Shown here piece by piece: positions 61,274-64,000 of a DNA stretch of 64,000 bases. The DNA is taken from NCBI GenBank assembly GCA_963827165.1, contig CAWGZR010000009.1, forward strand, positions 192,001-256,000, written 5' to 3'. Made by a program: the position numbers and the translations under genes. Below the pieces are notes generated by a model. That model was not told the origin of the DNA and did no database searches. It saw only the letters and a program-made list of their open reading frames with translations. Positions within the stretch are counted from its first letter, which is position 1, and each line of letters starts with the position of its first letter. This stretch comes from Candidatus Bathyarchaeota archaeon. GTDB taxonomy: Archaea; Thermoproteota; Bathyarchaeia; Bathyarchaeales; Bathycorpusculaceae.

Positions 61274-62605
61274 ATGAAAAACGAAAAGATAGAAAAGAAA
61301 TACACGCCTCAAATCCCAGCGAAAGAAATCGAAGAACTCAAAAACACCATCAAGCTGTCTTCCGAGAAGATAATGGCTGAAAACATCGAGCGGATGAAAA
61401 AAGCCGACCCCAAAAGACCAACCGCCATGAAATACTTCGACAACATCTCGAACTTGTTCGGTCAACGCCAAGAGGAACTTGCCGCTGAAAAGGAAAAAGG
61501 CAAAAAAATCGTTGGTTACATGTGCCTGTTTGCGCCCACCGAACTAATTTTGGCAGCCAACGCTATACCTGTCAGAGTCAACAGCGGCTGGTATGACACC
61601 TCTAAAATTGGCGACCGAGTTGTCCCCGTAGAGGTCTGCCCGGTTATCCGTTCAACAATAGGAGCGCAAATGATTGGGCTCTCCCCGTTCCTGGAGCAAA
61701 GCGACGCCTTAATCAGCGTCTTAACATGCGATGGTATGACCAAACTTGGAGAAATCCTTAGCGACTACAAACCTATATGGGAAATGAACATCCCAAGAGT
61801 CAAAGATGCTCCTCACTCGCTTCGGTTCTGGGACGACGAAATAATCAATATGAAAAAACAGCTTGAAACATTTACAGGTAACAAAATTACCAGAAGGAAC
61901 CTAAAAGAAGCGATTGAACAATCGCAGAAAGCCACAAGGGTTTTCCGTCGCCTACAAGATTTGCGCAAAGGTAACCCCGTTATTATGGGCAGAGATGCCA
62001 TGCTTGTTAACCAAGCGTATTTATGGGATGATAAGCAACGGTGGACTGAAAAAACCGCCGAATTGTGTGACGAGCTTGAAAAGCGAGCTGAGCGCAAAGA
62101 ATGGGTTTGCCCGCCCGATACTCCGCGGGTTCTGGTAACAGGAACTCCAATGTTTTGGCCTGATAGCTGGAAAGTGCCGAATCTAGTTGAGGAAGCAGAC
62201 CCGAAAGGCATCATAGTTGCAGACGAGCTCTGTAGCGGTGAACGGATCCTAAATGACCCTGTCGGCGTTGATGAATGGACAATGGATGACATGTTAAACG
62301 CGATCGGTGAACGCTATCTCATGGCTTCGACCTGCCCCTGCTTCACGTCCAGTGACGGGAACGAAGATCGCATCAATTGGCTCCTAAACAAAGTTAAAGA
62401 AGCCAACGTTCAAGGCGTCATCTATTACGTGACCCGTGGCTGCATGCTTTACGCTATGGAGTACACACGTATCAAGAAGGCACTAGACAAAATCAACATA
62501 CCAATGTACTACCTGGACACCGAATACACACGCGAAGACGTGGGACAAATGAAAACCCGCGTTGAAGCCTTTCTTGAAATGCTAACCGCCAGAGTCGACA
62601 CATAG
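61274..62605 (+). CDS. 2-hydroxyacyl-CoA dehydratase D-component family protein, double-cubane-cluster-like
   Basis: GYMCLFAPTEL, VCPVIRS, TCDG, DELCSGER, CPCF, RGC, GQMKTRVEAF. Confidence 0.85.
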   Translation: MKNEKIEKKYTPQIPAKEIEELKNTIKLSSEKIMAENIERMKKADPKRPTAMKYFDNISNLFGQRQEELAAEKEKGKKIVGYMCLFAPTELILAANAIPVRVNSGWYDTSKIGDRVVPVEVCPVIRSTIGAQMIGLSPFLEQSDALISVLTCDGMTKLGEILSDYKPIWEMNIPRVKDAPHSLRFWDDEIINMKKQLETFTGNKITRRNLKEAIEQSQKATRVFRRLQDLRKGNPVIMGRDAMLVNQAYLWDDKQRWTEKTAELCDELEKRAERKEWVCPPDTPRVLVTGTPMFWPDSWKVPNLVEEADPKGIIVADELCSGERILNDPVGVDEWTMDDMLNAIGERYLMASTCPCFTSSDGNEDRINWLLNKVKEANVQGVIYYVTRGCMLYAMEYTRIKKALDKINIPMYYLDTEYTREDVGQMKTRVEAFLEMLTARVDT

Positions 62606-62616
62606 GAGCCAACTTA

Positions 62617-63396
62617 ATGATAACTCTGGGATTAGACCTCGGCACGCAAAGGGTAAAAGCAGTTATCCTAAAAGACTGCGTCGTCGTCGCACGAGGACAA
62701 GCTTTCTCAGGCTTTGACGCTGCAAAAGCAGCGGAAGAAGCAATATCCAAAGCGTTAGCAGATGCAAACCTCGAGCAACAAGACATAGTGTACTCCGTGG
62801 CAACGGGTTCATCAATGGAAAACGCGCCGAAAACAGACAGTGTCATAAGTATGATGGGCGCTGACGCAAAAGCAGGTGTCTGCCTTTGCCCCAAGGCCCG
62901 AACAATAATTGACATCGGCGCGGAAGAAGCCAGAGCGATCAAGTGCGATGAAAAAGGTGTGATGATGGATTTTGTCATAAATGAAAGATGCGCAGCAGGG
63001 GCAGGAGCATTTATCGAATCAATGGCAAGGGCGCTGGAAGTTAAACTCGAAGACATGGGTCCCCTTTCCCTCAAAGCGGAACGTGCAAGCCCGATAAACG
63101 CGTCCTGCGTTATCTTTGGCGAATCCGACGTTGTCTCGCTCATCCACCGGCAAGAGTCCAAACCCGAAATCGCTCGCGCTGTCTTCGACGCAATGGCCGA
63201 CCGAATAAGTTCAATGGTTCATAGACTAGGCGTAAATCTCGAGGTAGTGCTAATCGGCGGGGTAGCAAAAGACGTAGGTTTTATCGCAGCTCTGAAGAGG
63301 AAACTGGGGGTTGAGATTCTTATTCCGGAATTTCCCGATTACGCAGGCGCATTAGGCGCAGCATTAACAGCGGCAAACCGTGCAAAGGAGCCTTAA
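62617..63396 (+). CDS. ASKHA ATPase activator, BzdP/BcrD-like
   Basis: GLDLG, IDIGAEEARAI, NERCAAGAG, NASCVIFGESDVVSLIH. Confidence 0.88.
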   Translation: MITLGLDLGTQRVKAVILKDCVVVARGQAFSGFDAAKAAEEAISKALADANLEQQDIVYSVATGSSMENAPKTDSVISMMGADAKAGVCLCPKARTIIDIGAEEARAIKCDEKGVMMDFVINERCAAGAGAFIESMARALEVKLEDMGPLSLKAERASPINASCVIFGESDVVSLIHRQESKPEIARAVFDAMADRISSMVHRLGVNLEVVLIGGVAKDVGFIAALKRKLGVEILIPEFPDYAGALGAALTAANRAKEP

Positions 63397-63398
63397 AA

Positions 63399-64000
63399 AT
63401 GAAAGAGCCAAGTAGCGTGAAAGATGAGTGTGAGTTTTGGCGTTGGCGAGAATACAACCGAGTTATCGAAGGCAAAGAGTGGAAAAGTAAGGACATCATC
63501 ACCGCAGGCGTTGATGTCGGCTCAGTCGGATCCAAAGCCGCCATAATGATAAACGGCGAAGCTTACTCATGGGGCATTACCCGAACGGGCTCCAACAGTC
63601 CCGAGAGTGCAACCAAAGTTCTAGGCATAGCACTTCAAGGAACGAGCTTGAAAGCCAGCGACCTCAAATACATCGTCGGCACAGGCTACGGACGAGTTAA
63701 CGTTCCAATGGCAAACAAAGCCATAACAGAAATCGCCTGCCACGCAAAAGGCGCAAATTATATCTGGGGACCCAGTGTGCGAACGGTGCTTGACGTTGGT
63801 GGACAGGACATTAAGGCCATACGTAGCGACGAAACAGGCAGAGTTGTCTCCTTCTTAATGAACGATAAATGCGCCGCCGGAACGGGCAGAGGCATGGAGG
63901 TCTTTGCTGACCTAATGCAGATACCTATTGAAGAAATCGGCGCCATCTCGCTTAAAGTTGACGAAGAGCCCGCGCCAGTAAGCTGTACCTGCGTGGCTTT
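63399..64000 (+). CDS. ASKHA ATPase activator, BzdQ/BcrA-like (truncated by the window end)
   Basis: Manual translation: EFWRWRE...ITAGVDVGSVGS, GTGYGR, TEIACHAKG, DVGGQD, MNDKCAAGTGRGME. Confidence 0.9.
   Translation, partial: MKEPSSVKDECEFWRWREYNRVIEGKEWKSKDIITAGVDVGSVGSKAAIMINGEAYSWGITRTGSNSPESATKVLGIALQGTSLKASDLKYIVGTGYGRVNVPMANKAITEIACHAKGANYIWGPSVRTVLDVGGQDIKAIRSDETGRVVSFLMNDKCAAGTGRGMEVFADLMQIPIEEIGAISLKVDEEPAPVSCTCVA

Overview
Archaeal chromosomal DNA, most consistent with Bathyarchaeia: it has Nop56/fibrillarin, TiaS, archaeal TpiA, RNase HII and AlaS, plus the lineage-typical giant beta-propeller surface proteins. Housekeeping genes (nop56-flpA, glycogen debranching/DUF89/tpiA/trmB/rnhB, galT, nadA, nikR/NiCoT, pyrG, tiaS, alaS, grpE-dnaK-dnaJ, asnS) alternate with AT-rich accessory patches and surface-protein genes. 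I found no rRNA, tRNA, CRISPR array or intact mobile element. Most notable: (1) a wHTH + ATP-cone + class III ribonucleotide reductase fusion that seems to lack both catalytic cysteines, a candidate nucleotide-sensing pseudo-enzyme regulator (1-1715, truncated by the window); (2) an ~870-bp non-coding region with several unrelated arrays at 10-bp period (35011-35570); (3) an operon-like cluster of a membrane-anchored extracellular protein, a NapH-like polyferredoxin, a double-cubane-like HgdB protein and a BzdP/BzdQ-like ATPase pair (57772-64000); (4) a DUF2400-nuclease fusion beside rnhB; (5) an RHH-like gene in the hrcA position before grpE; (6) several candidate structured RNAs or leaders, a NikR operator and unannotated zinc-finger microproteins. 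Scattered single-base frameshifts probably reflect assembly error. All family assignments come from motif recognition by eye, not database searches.
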